This document shows, in pieces, positions 18,556 to 28,691 of a stretch of DNA of 64,000 bases (positions are counted from its first letter, which is position 1; the number at the start of each line of letters is the position of its first letter). The DNA comes from Candidatus Omnitrophota bacterium (GTDB taxonomy: Bacteria; Omnitrophota; Gorgyraeia; 2-01-FULL-45-10), in contig JAPLME010000008.1 of NCBI GenBank assembly GCA_026387175.1, positions 13,091 through 77,090 of the forward strand, written 5' to 3'. The notes beneath the pieces were generated by a model, which worked only from the letters and a program-made list of their open reading frames with translations, made no database searches and was not told where the DNA came from. The translations under genes and the position numbers were made by a program.

Positions 18556-19111
18556 ATTTGAACTCCTCTAAATGTTTCTTCAATTTACCCTTAGCCCTTT
18601 TTATATAATTGGAAACAGTCCCTTTTGGCAGGTTTAATATATCGGCTATCTCTTCGTATTTTTTATCATGCAGGAGATTCAATTTTATAATGAGCCTTTC
18701 CTTGGGAGGCAGTCTCTCCATAGCTTCGTCTATTTTTTCAGAAAGCTCATCCTTGCCCAGCTCTTCAGGGGGAGTCGGACCGGAAGAGGGGATAAGCTCT
18801 ATGAGCTCAGTTTCTCCTATCTTATCAGACAGAGAGACCATCTTTTCAGGTTCTATGCGCCGCCTATTACGCATATATTGCATCGCGGCATTGCCCGATA
18901 CTATGGCAATCCAGTAAGGGATACTGTCAGGGTTCCTGACATTATTGAGTTTCTTACCTGCGCATATCGAGGCAAGGATGTCCTGCTGGATATCCAGTAT
19001 TTCTTCATGACCCAGCGTAATGCCGCATCCTCTCAGCCGTTTTTCAATAGCCGTATATACGAGTTTTACGTATTTTTTAACGAATTGGCTGGTAAAAGGG
19101 TCTTTGTCCAT
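18554..19111 (-). CDS. ECF (RpoE-like) RNA polymerase sigma factor
   Basis: Sigma-70 region 2 (HEEILDIQQDILASI...IPYWIAIVSGNAAMQYMRNRRR) and region 4 (LPPKERLIIKLNLLHDKKYEEIADILNLPKGTVSNYIKRA) are present. Confidence 0.85.
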   Translation of the reverse strand: MDKDPFTSQFVKKYVKLVYTAIEKRLRGCGITLGHEEILDIQQDILASICAGKKLNNVRNPDSIPYWIAIVSGNAAMQYMRNRRRIEPEKMVSLSDKIGETELIELIPSSGPTPPEELGKDELSEKIDEAMERLPPKERLIIKLNLLHDKKYEEIADILNLPKGTVSNYIKRAKGKLKKHLEEFK

Positions 19112-19199
19112 GATGGCACTTTAGCATAAAATATGCTAAAAAGTCAAATAAATTTAATCTTTTATCAATTTAACATAATCGGCTAAATTACCCCATCAT

Positions 19200-19227
19200 T
19201 TGACTTATTCCGTTTATATAGTATAAT
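19200..19227 (+). promoter_or_regulatory. Sigma70-like promoter TTGACT-N16-TATAAT for the large GGDEF/HD-GYP gene.
   Basis: Hexamers were read from the sequence. An AGGAG SD at 19262-19266 precedes the TTG start at 19275. Confidence 0.5.
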
Positions 19228-19274
19228 TACTGTAATATTGGCGGATTGTCTAAAAACGCAAGAGGAGCCACACA

Positions 19275-22200
19275 TTGGCGGATACCGATAATAAAGATTC
19301 AGGGCCTTTAAACGAATATCTGGTAGATGGCAAATATTCGATAAAGGACCTTGTCGACATTAAAGGGCTGCGCCCTATATTCGAAATGCTGTCTGAATTG
19401 ACCGGAGTCGCGATAGGGCTTAACTCATATCCGGATGAGGAGATCCTGGTAGCTACGGCATGGTCGGATATCTGCACAAAATTCCATAGAGCCAACCCCG
19501 AATCGGCCAAGGCCTGCCTTAAGAGCAATTTGGCTTTGAGCGGTAAACTGAAAAAAGCCGGCGACATTAACATCGAGTATTGCGATAACGGGTTGGTGGA
19601 CGGCGGGACGCCTATAATAGTTAAAGACAAGCATATCGCGACGCTTTTCGCGGGGCAGGTCTTTTTTCATAAGCCCGATATTGAAAAATTCAAAGAGCAG
19701 GCCCGAGTTTTCGGATACGATACTGAGAGATACCTGGAAGCCGTTAATAAAGTAAGTGTTATTACGAGCGAGAGATTCAAGTCAGTCCTTTCATTGCTTG
19801 GCAGGATAGCCTCATTAATCGCGGAGTTGGGCTATAACAACCTGGAAGTCAAGAACAGAAATCTGGGGCTTCGGGATGATGTGCTCTACCGCGAGAAGGC
19901 CGAAGCCAGGATAATACATCTTAACTCCATCCTTAGAGCAATCAGCAGCGTATCCCAGCTTATGATAAAAGAAAAGGACAGGAGCGCACTTCTCGCAAAA
20001 ACTTGCCGTATATTGGTCGATAGCAGGAATTACCGTCTGGCATGGATAGGGTTGATCGAAAATGGGACGTTTGAGATAAAGCCTGCTGCTTGCGCGGGCT
20101 TTGATGATGGATATCTTGAAAGTATTCATGTCACCTGGGATGATTCACCGAACGGCCAGGGTCCTACAGGTATAACCGTAAAGACAAGAAAACCGTCTAT
20201 AGCAAACGATATTGCCACCGATCCAAGTTTCGCGAACTGGCGGGGTGAGGCGATAAGACGCGGTTATCGTGCTATGGTCTCAGTGCCCGTAGTCATGGAG
20301 GAGCGTATTTACGGTGTCATAAATGTATATTCCGATCACCCTAATGCCTTTGACGAACAGGAGGTCAGCCTGCTTGCCGAATTGGCCGGAGATCTGGGAT
20401 TTGCTTTATACACCGCGGAGATCGAATCAGAGAGGCGGGAATCTGAAAAGGCCCTGGTTGTGTCGGAGGAGAGTTATCGTTCCATATTCGATTCGGCAAA
20501 TGACGCGATCTTCATCCAAGACATAGAAACGGGCCGAATAATAGACGTCAACCAGAAGGCCTGCCAGATGTATTTGTACAGTGAGAATGAGATGCTGCAC
20601 CGCAGCATAGGAGACTTGAGCCTTGGCGAGAGCCCGTATACACAGGAAGACATGATCAATGTAATAAATAAGACTTCCAGCGGAGAGCCGCAGCTGTTTG
20701 AATGGGTCGCGAAAGACAGGGCCGAGAGGCTCTTCTGGGTGGAGATCAATCTGAAACGGGCCGTAATAAACGGAAAATACCAGATACTGGCGATTGTGCG
20801 CGATATCACCGATCGTAAAAATACGGAAGAGAGATGGGAGAAGATACACGAGACATTCCTGAGCTTCGGGCCCGACCCTTCTGAAAACATTAACAAGCTT
20901 ACCGCCTTGTGCGGAGAGATCATGGGCGCCGACTGTGCCATGTATAACAGGCTCGAGGGCGAAACATTGCATTCATGCGGACAATGGAACGTGCCGCCCG
21001 GGTTTCAGGAGATGGATATGGCTCAGGGCCATATCTGTTACGATGTTATTAAGAAAGGCTCCGATGATATAACCGTTATAAGCAATCTTCAGGAGAGCGG
21101 GTATGCCGAGACCGATCCCAACGTTAGAAGCTACAATCTCCATACATATGTCGGGCAGGCCGTAAAAGTCGGCGGCGAATATATCGGCACATTATGCGTG
21201 GTATACCAGCAGGATATCGAGCCTTCGGATGAAGACAAAGAGATAATGGGCTTCATCGCGCACGCCATAAGCGTCGAAGAGGAGCGCAAGAGCTCGGAAG
21301 AGATAAACCAGATGGCGCAGTTCGCGATCGAGCGTTCCGGCAGCTCTGTATTCTGGATAGGTCCGGATGCCCGGATCCTGCATGTCAATGATATGGCGTG
21401 CACATCCTTAGGATATTCACGCGAAGAGTTATTGGCCATGACCGTATCCGATATAGATCCGAGTTATTCCGGAGATGTCTGGCCGCGGCATTGGAAAGAG
21501 ATCAAAGATCGCGGTTCCTTCCTTATTGAGACGCAGCATCGCCGGAAAGATGGCACTACATTTCTGGTGGAGGTCTCTGTCAATTATCTTGAGTTCCAGG
21601 GCAACGAATATAATTTCGCGTCCGCCCGGGATATAACAGAACGAAAGGCCCAGGAGGAAGAGCTGGTCAGGCGCGACTATCAGCTCGAGATCCTTTCGCG
21701 CACCAGCCAGCATATTAACGCGATCCTGGAAGTGCCGACGATATTGAGAACGCTGATAGCCGCGGCTATAGAGCTTGTCGATGCCACCGCCGGAACGGCG
21801 GGAGTGGTGGTGGGCGATAATGTGGTATTCAAAGAATACCACAAGGATGGCAAAATTTATTCTGTCGATTATACATTTAAGCCCGGCGAGGGCCTGTGCG
21901 GATGCATAACAAAGTCGTTGAGGACGTATATCTCCAATGACGTTGAACATGATCCCAGCGTGCTTCCTGAATTTAAGGAGATGCTCGGGCTGCATAACCT
22001 GATCAGCATACCGATATTGAACAGGGAAGGAAAACTGCTCGGATGCCTGGAGCTATATAACAAGAAGGATGCCAGGCAGTTCGATGCCCAGGATGTCTTT
22101 ATGCTTCAAGGCATGGCGGCTGGAGCGGCCGTAGCGCTCGAGAACGCCAATATGCTCGTGCAGCGTAATAAGAGCCAGGAAGAGCTCGCGTGGCAAAAGA

Positions 22201-23846
22201 TGTTTTATGAGAATCTTCTGAACGAAGCGAATATATGGATAGAGGTTGTGGATAAGGAAGGGAAGACCCTGCTGTGGAATAAAAAAGCTGAGGAGATCAC
22301 CGGTTTTAAAAGAGAAGAGATCATAGGTAATCTGAAAAAATGGGAGCTGGAATATCCGGATCCGAAGCAGAGGGGCAGGCTTATTAATTTTGTAAAAAAG
22401 TTAATACCCTCAGGTAAAAATATAAAAGATCTCGAGACCGAGATAGCGACGTTGGTGAACGGTACGAAGACGATGTCATGGTCTTCCACGATAATCTGCG
22501 ACAGCTATGGCAAGATAATAGGCAGCATGTTTCTCGGTAACGATGTTACGGAACGCAAGGCTATCGAGAAGGAAAGGGAATCCCTCAATAAAGAGCTTAC
22601 CAAGACTAACAAGAGATTGAGCCAGCTTGCCCTGAAAGACTTCGAGACAGGACTGCATAATCACCACTATCTGATGGAAGCGATAGAGCCGGAACTCTAT
22701 CGGGCCAAGCGTTACGTCCATCCGCTATCGGTGGTAATGATAGATATCGATTATTTCAGGTCCATCAACGACCTTTATGGCCACGAATTCGGCGACATGG
22801 TATTGAAGCAGTTTGCGACTCAGCTGAAAAAGATGGTGCGCCGCTATGACATAGTGGTGCGTTTCGGGGGAGAAGAGTTTATAATACTCTCTTCCGGCGC
22901 GGACAGGACAAGGGCCATTGCCCTCGCGCACAGGCTCATGGAAGCGTTATCCATCTACAATTTCGGCGACGACAAACATTCCGTGAAGATCAGGATGAGT
23001 ATGGCGGTGGCATCATATCCGGATGACCCGATCGAGAACGGGATGGATCTCGTGCATCTTGCCGAGAAGCTGCTGGACAAGGCGAAGGAGGCCGGCGGGA
23101 ACAAAGTATTTTCTTCGATAGACACTAAGAACGGCAAAAAACACGTACCTGTCGAAAGCGAGCCGACCGATATCCAGTATCTCAAAAAGAAGATATCGAG
23201 CCTTACGAAACGCGGAAGGCAGAGCCTGATGGAGTCTATCTTCGCTTTTGCCAAGACTATCGAGATGAGGGACCATTATACGGGCGAGCACGCTGATTCC
23301 ACCGTCCACTACGCGACCCAGATAGCGAGGGCATTGAAGCTCGAACAGGAAGAGATAGACCATGTGAGGCAGGCTGCAATATTGCATGACCTGGGCAAGG
23401 TTGGCATAAGCGACAAGATCCTGCTGAAGAGATCCAAGCTCACCAAAAAAGAATTTGATGAGATTAAAAAACATCCGCAGATCGCGGCTGATATAATAAG
23501 GCCGATACAGTTTATGAAAGATATAATACCGCTCATTCTTTATCATCATGAAAAATGGAACGGTACCGGTTACCCTATGGGTATAAAGGGCCAGTCGATC
23601 CCCGTGGGCGCAAGAATAATATCGATAGCGGACGTTTACCAGGCGTTGACTTCGGACAGGCCTTATAGAAAAGCTTTCTCGAAGAAAGAGGCGATGAAGA
23701 TATTAAAAGAGAACGTGGGGATACAATTCGATCCGAAGATAGTCAGGATATTTCTCAATATATTAAAAGGGGAAAAAGACAGGCGTCGTCCTGCGGTACC
23801 CGCAGGCAATGAACATGAGCATGAGAGGGCAAAGGGAAAGGTATGA
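19275..23846 (+). CDS. 1523-aa multi-sensor c-di-GMP signalling protein with a Cys-containing N-terminal sensor region (possibly PocR-like), several PAS and GAF domains, a GGDEF domain (GGEEF intact) and an HD-GYP domain.
   Basis: RFGGEEF lies at about nt 22860. The HD-GYP signature HDLGKVG...HHEKWNGTGYP lies at about nt 23385-23590. PAS-like repeats are followed by TERK/DITERK linkers. Confidence 0.85.
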   Translation: MADTDNKDSGPLNEYLVDGKYSIKDLVDIKGLRPIFEMLSELTGVAIGLNSYPDEEILVATAWSDICTKFHRANPESAKACLKSNLALSGKLKKAGDINIEYCDNGLVDGGTPIIVKDKHIATLFAGQVFFHKPDIEKFKEQARVFGYDTERYLEAVNKVSVITSERFKSVLSLLGRIASLIAELGYNNLEVKNRNLGLRDDVLYREKAEARIIHLNSILRAISSVSQLMIKEKDRSALLAKTCRILVDSRNYRLAWIGLIENGTFEIKPAACAGFDDGYLESIHVTWDDSPNGQGPTGITVKTRKPSIANDIATDPSFANWRGEAIRRGYRAMVSVPVVMEERIYGVINVYSDHPNAFDEQEVSLLAELAGDLGFALYTAEIESERRESEKALVVSEESYRSIFDSANDAIFIQDIETGRIIDVNQKACQMYLYSENEMLHRSIGDLSLGESPYTQEDMINVINKTSSGEPQLFEWVAKDRAERLFWVEINLKRAVINGKYQILAIVRDITDRKNTEERWEKIHETFLSFGPDPSENINKLTALCGEIMGADCAMYNRLEGETLHSCGQWNVPPGFQEMDMAQGHICYDVIKKGSDDITVISNLQESGYAETDPNVRSYNLHTYVGQAVKVGGEYIGTLCVVYQQDIEPSDEDKEIMGFIAHAISVEEERKSSEEINQMAQFAIERSGSSVFWIGPDARILHVNDMACTSLGYSREELLAMTVSDIDPSYSGDVWPRHWKEIKDRGSFLIETQHRRKDGTTFLVEVSVNYLEFQGNEYNFASARDITERKAQEEELVRRDYQLEILSRTSQHINAILEVPTILRTLIAAAIELVDATAGTAGVVVGDNVVFKEYHKDGKIYSVDYTFKPGEGLCGCITKSLRTYISNDVEHDPSVLPEFKEMLGLHNLISIPILNREGKLLGCLELYNKKDARQFDAQDVFMLQGMAAGAAVALENANMLVQRNKSQEELAWQKMFYENLLNEANIWIEVVDKEGKTLLWNKKAEEITGFKREEIIGNLKKWELEYPDPKQRGRLINFVKKLIPSGKNIKDLETEIATLVNGTKTMSWSSTIICDSYGKIIGSMFLGNDVTERKAIEKERESLNKELTKTNKRLSQLALKDFETGLHNHHYLMEAIEPELYRAKRYVHPLSVVMIDIDYFRSINDLYGHEFGDMVLKQFATQLKKMVRRYDIVVRFGGEEFIILSSGADRTRAIALAHRLMEALSIYNFGDDKHSVKIRMSMAVASYPDDPIENGMDLVHLAEKLLDKAKEAGGNKVFSSIDTKNGKKHVPVESEPTDIQYLKKKISSLTKRGRQSLMESIFAFAKTIEMRDHYTGEHADSTVHYATQIARALKLEQEEIDHVRQAAILHDLGKVGISDKILLKRSKLTKKEFDEIKKHPQIAADIIRPIQFMKDIIPLILYHHEKWNGTGYPMGIKGQSIPVGARIISIADVYQALTSDRPYRKAFSKKEAMKILKENVGIQFDPKIVRIFLNILKGEKDRRRPAVPAGNEHEHERAKGKV

Positions 23847-25306
23847 TAGGGGATATAGAAGAGAATGAATTGGTAAGGCAGAGGAAAGAGAAACTTAAGG
23901 CAATTACGGATTCCGGCGTTTACGCATACGGCGGAAAATTCCAGACAACTGCGAATATCGGGGGTTTGAGGGCTGACTTTGTCGAAGGCAAGACCATTGT
24001 CGCGGCCGGCCGTGTAATGGCGGTCAGGCTGCACGGCAAGAGCATGTTCTATGATCTGAAAGACTCCTCAGGCAAAATACAGGCGTATATAAAAGAAGAC
24101 ACCATCGGAGCCGATAACTTCGCCTCAATAAAGAACAATATCGATATAGGCGATTTCGTAGGAGTGTCCGGCGAGACCTTTAAGACGCGCACCGGAGAGC
24201 CTACGATCGTTGTAAAAGAGTTCAGGATACTATCGAAATCCTTGAGGCCGCTTCCGGAGAAGTGGCACGGCCTTAAAGATGTCGAGACGCGGTATCGTCA
24301 GCGTTACGTCGATCTTATAGTCAATGATGATGTTAAAAATATATTCATCGCCCGTTCAAAGATAGTAGCGGGTATCCGCAAATTCCTGGATTCGAAGGGC
24401 TTTTTAGAGGTGGAGACGCCGATGATGCAATCGATAGCCGGCGGCGCGGCAGGCAAGCCTTTCAAGACCCATCACGAGGCGCTCGACATAGATCTCTTCT
24501 TAAGGATAGCTCCGGAGCTTTACCTGAAGAGGCTTCTCGTAGGAGGATTCGAGAAGGTTTACGAGATCAATAGGAACTTCCGCAATGAAGGCATCTCGAT
24601 AAAACATAACCCTGAATTCACAATGCTCGAAGTCTATGAAGCCTATTCCGATTGCGCGGGCATGATGAAGCTTACGGAAGATATGATCACCTCGCTTGCC
24701 CGTGATGTGCTGGGCAAGACGGAGCTTGAATATGGCGGCAAGGTCATCGATCTCTCGAAGTGGGAGAAAGTCTCCTTTGCGGAGCTGATGAAAGCGGAGT
24801 TCGGTATAGCCCCGGAAGATCCGCCGCAAATGTGGATAAAGAAGCTCAAAGATAAAGGCATAGAGATAGAAGGAAAAGAGGTCTCGAGAACCCAGGTGAT
24901 CAATATAGTGGGTGAACTGGTTGAGCCCAAAGCGCATAACCACCCTGTCTTTGTCGTAGATATGTTTAAAGAAATGTGCCCGCTGGCTAAGACCAAGGCC
25001 GATAACCCCGCGCTCTCGGACCGTTTCGAGCTCTATATGGGCGGTATGGAGATAGCGAATGCCTATTCTGAATTGAACGATCCGATCGAACAGAGGAGCA
25101 GGTTAATGGAGGACCTCGCTGCCGCCAACGATAAGCGGCGGGTCATTGACGAGGACTTTGTCACGGCCCTGGAATACGGTATGCCTCCCGCGGGAGGCCT
25201 CGGTATAGGCATAGACAGGCTGGTCATGATACTTACGAATTCCCTATCAATACGGGATGTGATACTTTTCCCGCAATTAAAACCCCTCGCTCCCGGAAAA
25301 TTTTAG
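23843..25306 (+). CDS. lysS: Lysyl-tRNA synthetase (class II)
   Basis: OB-fold anticodon-binding N-terminus plus class II motifs (FRNEGIS, GGLGIGIDRLVMIL). Confidence 0.9.
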   Translation: MIGDIEENELVRQRKEKLKAITDSGVYAYGGKFQTTANIGGLRADFVEGKTIVAAGRVMAVRLHGKSMFYDLKDSSGKIQAYIKEDTIGADNFASIKNNIDIGDFVGVSGETFKTRTGEPTIVVKEFRILSKSLRPLPEKWHGLKDVETRYRQRYVDLIVNDDVKNIFIARSKIVAGIRKFLDSKGFLEVETPMMQSIAGGAAGKPFKTHHEALDIDLFLRIAPELYLKRLLVGGFEKVYEINRNFRNEGISIKHNPEFTMLEVYEAYSDCAGMMKLTEDMITSLARDVLGKTELEYGGKVIDLSKWEKVSFAELMKAEFGIAPEDPPQMWIKKLKDKGIEIEGKEVSRTQVINIVGELVEPKAHNHPVFVVDMFKEMCPLAKTKADNPALSDRFELYMGGMEIANAYSELNDPIEQRSRLMEDLAAANDKRRVIDEDFVTALEYGMPPAGGLGIGIDRLVMILTNSLSIRDVILFPQLKPLAPGKF

Positions 25307-25314
25307 GAGATTTA

Positions 25315-26544
25315 ATGTCGACTCACTGGCAGCTTCTGGTAAGCCTGCGGTATCTCACTTCAAAGCATAAAGAGAAGTTCATATCCGCGATAAGCCTCAT
25401 ATCCATACTCGGAGTTGCCATCGGAGTGGCGGCGCTCATAATAGTGATAGCCGTTATGAGCGGGTTCGATGAGGACCTGAAGTCGAAGATTATAGGCACG
25501 TATGCTCACCTGGAAGTGGTATCCGACTATGGGGTCACTCCTTCAAAGGCCCTCACCGACAAGATTCTTGGTACTAGGAATGTCAGGGCCGCCGCGTATT
25601 TTTTAAATACCCAGGCGCTCATACGGCATAACGAAAGCGTCACAGGCGTTATCATTAAAGGCATAGAACCTAAGAATGAGATCCGGATAAATAAACTTGG
25701 TGACTATGTGAAGAAGGGGTCTCTCGATCTGGGCAATAGCGGCATAGTTATCGGAAGCGAGCTTGCCGATAAGCTGGGTGTTAAGCTGGGCGATTTTATA
25801 TCCCTGATAGCGCCGTCCTCGATCGATCTGAAAAAGATAGCCTTCCCGGGGACATTTAAAGTCGAGGGCAGGAACTACAGGGTCTCCGGAATATTTACAT
25901 CCGGCATGTATGATTATGATATGAACCTGGCCTATGTCAGCATTCCGGAGGCTCAAGGCCTTGCAGGCGTTGCCTCGGATATCGTTAGTGGAGTGGCCAT
26001 CAAAGTCGATAACTCCGACGACGTCGATAGTACGAGGAGGGCGCTTCAGGCGATGCTGGGGCTCCCGTATGATGTGCGGACCTGGGTAGATATGAATAAG
26101 AATCTGCTCGCGGCGCTCAAGCTCGAGAAGACGGTGATGTTCATAATACTTACGCTTATCGTCATGGTCGCCTGTTTCAATATAGCGAGCGCTCTTATTA
26201 TGACGGTCCTTGAGAAGACCAAAGATATTGGAATATTAAAGGCGATAGGCGCGACTAATTTCAATGTGATGGCTATATTCGCTCTTCAGGGCTCATTCAT
26301 AGGGGTACTCGGGACATCATTGGGGACCGGCCTTGGCATAGGAATGTGTTATTTATTGAAGAGATACAGATTTATTACCCTTCCGAAAGAGATATATTAT
26401 ATCGATAAACTTCCGGTGAAGCTTGAGCAGTGTGATATACAGCTTATTGTGCTATCGAGCATATTGATAAGCTTGATCGCCACGATATACCCTGCGTACA
26501 AAGCATCGAAGCTCCAACCTGTGGAGGCGCTTAGATATGAGTAA
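25315..26544 (+). CDS. lolC: Lipoprotein-releasing system permease LolC/LolE (FtsX family)
   Basis: Four TM helices with a large periplasmic loop. The canonical Lol permease N-terminus is present (LRYLTSKHKEKFISAISLISILGVAIGVAALI). Confidence 0.8.
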   Translation: MSTHWQLLVSLRYLTSKHKEKFISAISLISILGVAIGVAALIIVIAVMSGFDEDLKSKIIGTYAHLEVVSDYGVTPSKALTDKILGTRNVRAAAYFLNTQALIRHNESVTGVIIKGIEPKNEIRINKLGDYVKKGSLDLGNSGIVIGSELADKLGVKLGDFISLIAPSSIDLKKIAFPGTFKVEGRNYRVSGIFTSGMYDYDMNLAYVSIPEAQGLAGVASDIVSGVAIKVDNSDDVDSTRRALQAMLGLPYDVRTWVDMNKNLLAALKLEKTVMFIILTLIVMVACFNIASALIMTVLEKTKDIGILKAIGATNFNVMAIFALQGSFIGVLGTSLGTGLGIGMCYLLKRYRFITLPKEIYYIDKLPVKLEQCDIQLIVLSSILISLIATIYPAYKASKLQPVEALRYE

Positions 26545-27208
26545 TATCATACTCCGGGCGCATAATGTCTCAAAGTCTTATTGTATGACCGGGACGAAGT
26601 GCGTCAGGGCTGTCGATAAGGTGAGCCTCGAGATAAAAAGGACTGAGTCTCTTTGCATTGTAGGCCCAAGCGGCGCGGGTAAGTCGACTCTTCTACAGTT
26701 ACTCGGCGGATTGGACTTTCCGACCACAGGTAATGTCACGCTCGACGGCATCGACATATATAAACTCTCGGATAAGGAGAGGGCAAAGATCAGGAATAAG
26801 CGCGTCGGCTTTGTCTTCCAATTTTACCATCTCCTGCCGGAATTCAGCGCTCTTGAAAATGTGATGCTTCCCGCCATGATAGGCGGCAAGTGCGTGAAAG
26901 AGAAAGCCCGCGGGATATTGAAGTCGGTGGGGCTGGGGGACAGGGCCTTTCACAGGCCGGGCGAGCTTTCCGGCGGCGAATCGCAGAGAGTCGCGATAGC
27001 GAGGGCCCTCATAAACGATCCCGAAGTCCTGTTATGCGATGAGCCGACAGGTAATCTAGATTCAAAGACCAGCGAATCTATCTATCAGCTGCTCTTCGAT
27101 ATAAAGTCAAAGTCCAGCGCCGCGCTCGTAATTGTCACTCACGATGAAAACCTCTCCAAACGCACAGACTCAATCATCCGTCTCAAGGATGGCCACATCG
27201 TCAGCTAG
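26537..27208 (+). CDS. lolD: Lipoprotein-releasing system ATP-binding protein LolD
   Basis: ABC ATPase with Walker A GPSGAGKST and signature LSGGESQR. It overlaps the lolC stop. Confidence 0.9.
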   Translation: MSNIILRAHNVSKSYCMTGTKCVRAVDKVSLEIKRTESLCIVGPSGAGKSTLLQLLGGLDFPTTGNVTLDGIDIYKLSDKERAKIRNKRVGFVFQFYHLLPEFSALENVMLPAMIGGKCVKEKARGILKSVGLGDRAFHRPGELSGGESQRVAIARALINDPEVLLCDEPTGNLDSKTSESIYQLLFDIKSKSSAALVIVTHDENLSKRTDSIIRLKDGHIVS

Positions 27209-27231
27209 CCCAGTAATTTTTGCCTTCGCCA

Positions 27232-27260
27232 TTGACTTAATATTAGACGTTATATATAAT
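27232..27260 (+). promoter_or_regulatory. Sigma70-like promoter TTGACT-N17-TATAAT upstream of ilvE.
   Basis: Near-consensus hexamers at the optimal spacing were read from the sequence. Confidence 0.5.
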
Positions 27261-27293
27261 AATTAGACTATATTATATTAGGGAAATTACGCT

Positions 27294-28160
27294 ATGAAAA
27301 TATATATGAACGGTGAGCTGGTGGAAAAGGAGAAGGCCGTTATCTCGGTCTTTGACCACGGCCTATTATACGGGGATGGTGTCTTCGAGGGGATACGCAT
27401 CTATGATAATCTCATATTCAGGCTGAATGAGCATATCGACAGGCTATATCGATCCGCTGATGCCATTCAGCTTAAGATTCCTATGACGAAGACAGAGATG
27501 ATCGAGGCCGTCATCCTGACCCTTAAGGCAAATAATCTGAGTAACGGTTATGTCAGGCTCGTTGTCACCAGAGGTCCGGGAGACCTGGGGCTAGATCCGA
27601 GAAAATGCAGGAAAGCCACTATCTTTATCATTGCCGATAAGATCGCGCTTTATCCGAATGAGTTCTACCAGAAAGGCCTGTCCATAGTGACGGCCGCTAC
27701 AAGGCGTAATTTTCCGCGGTCTCTTGATCCCAGGATAAAGAGCCTGAACTATCTGAATAACATCCTGGCGAAGATCGACGCGATAAAGGCCGGCACCGAG
27801 GAAGCGATAATGCTGACGCACGACGATTATGTCGCCGAGTGCACGGGCGACAATATATTCGCTGTGCGTGGCGGCGAGCTCCTGACGCCTCCAGTGAGCG
27901 TGGGCGCTCTCGAGGGGATAACGCGTGACGCAGTGATAGGCCTGGCGCAGAAGATACATATACCGTTTTGCGAGAAGATGCTCAGGATGGATGACCTCTA
28001 TAACTCAGAGGAGGTTTTTCTTACGGGCACTGCCGCGGAGATAATCCCCGTTATTGCCATAGATGGCCGCAGGATCAACGGCGGCAAACCCGGCGATAAA
28101 ACGCTGAAGCTTATGGTGGAGTTTAAGAAACTGACTAAAACGGACGGAGTTAAATATTAA
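27294..28160 (+). CDS. ilvE: Class IV aminotransferase (branched-chain amino acid or D-amino-acid aminotransferase)
   Basis: Fold-type IV PLP enzyme motifs are present (FDHGLLYGDGVFEGIR, catalytic Lys region RIKSLNYL). Confidence 0.8.
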   Translation: MKIYMNGELVEKEKAVISVFDHGLLYGDGVFEGIRIYDNLIFRLNEHIDRLYRSADAIQLKIPMTKTEMIEAVILTLKANNLSNGYVRLVVTRGPGDLGLDPRKCRKATIFIIADKIALYPNEFYQKGLSIVTAATRRNFPRSLDPRIKSLNYLNNILAKIDAIKAGTEEAIMLTHDDYVAECTGDNIFAVRGGELLTPPVSVGALEGITRDAVIGLAQKIHIPFCEKMLRMDDLYNSEEVFLTGTAAEIIPVIAIDGRRINGGKPGDKTLKLMVEFKKLTKTDGVKY

Positions 28161-28175
28161 GAGAGGGGCGGCGAA

Positions 28176-28691
28176 ATGCTCTGCAATATATGCGGTAAAA
28201 ATGAGGCTACAGTACATCTTACGGAGATAGTGAACGATAAGATGACCAAGCTCCATCTGTGCGAAGCTTGCGCCAAAGAGAAGGGCGCGGAGATGGAAGA
28301 GCATTTTGGAATGAGCGATCTCCTTGCGGGCCTTGCGGACATGGGCGCGAATCTTGAGCCCGGGGTCCTCGATGATGTAAAGTGCCCTGTTTGCGGGTTC
28401 ACATATCAGGATTTTAAAAAGGTGGGAAGGCTTGGCTGCGGAGATTGTTACGAGGCATTTAAAAAACAGCTGGACCCGCTCTTAAAAAGGATACATGGCG
28501 CAAATCGCCATGTCGGAAAGGTTCCTCTCATGGTAGGAAAGAACGTAAAAGAAAAAAGAACATTGCAGGAAATGAAGGTGCAGCTTGAGAAAGCTATAAT
28601 GGCTGAAGAGTTTGAGGAGGCCGCTAAGCTCAGAGATATGATCAGGGATCTGGAGAATAAGAAAGCTGTTAAAAATGATAACGATAAATGA
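28176..28691 (+). CDS. mcsA: Protein-arginine kinase activator McsA (CxxC zinc fingers plus a UVR domain)
   Basis: Four CxxC pairs and a C-terminal UVR motif (EEFEEAAKLRDMIRDLE). Confidence 0.75.
   Translation: MLCNICGKNEATVHLTEIVNDKMTKLHLCEACAKEKGAEMEEHFGMSDLLAGLADMGANLEPGVLDDVKCPVCGFTYQDFKKVGRLGCGDCYEAFKKQLDPLLKRIHGANRHVGKVPLMVGKNVKEKRTLQEMKVQLEKAIMAEEFEEAAKLRDMIRDLENKKAVKNDNDK

Noticed and set aside
20427-21995. Antisense ORFs of 181, 155 and 188 aa inside the GGDEF/HD-GYP gene.
   Set aside because: The sense frame carries continuous PAS, GAF, GGDEF and HD-GYP signatures. The antisense frames have no motifs.
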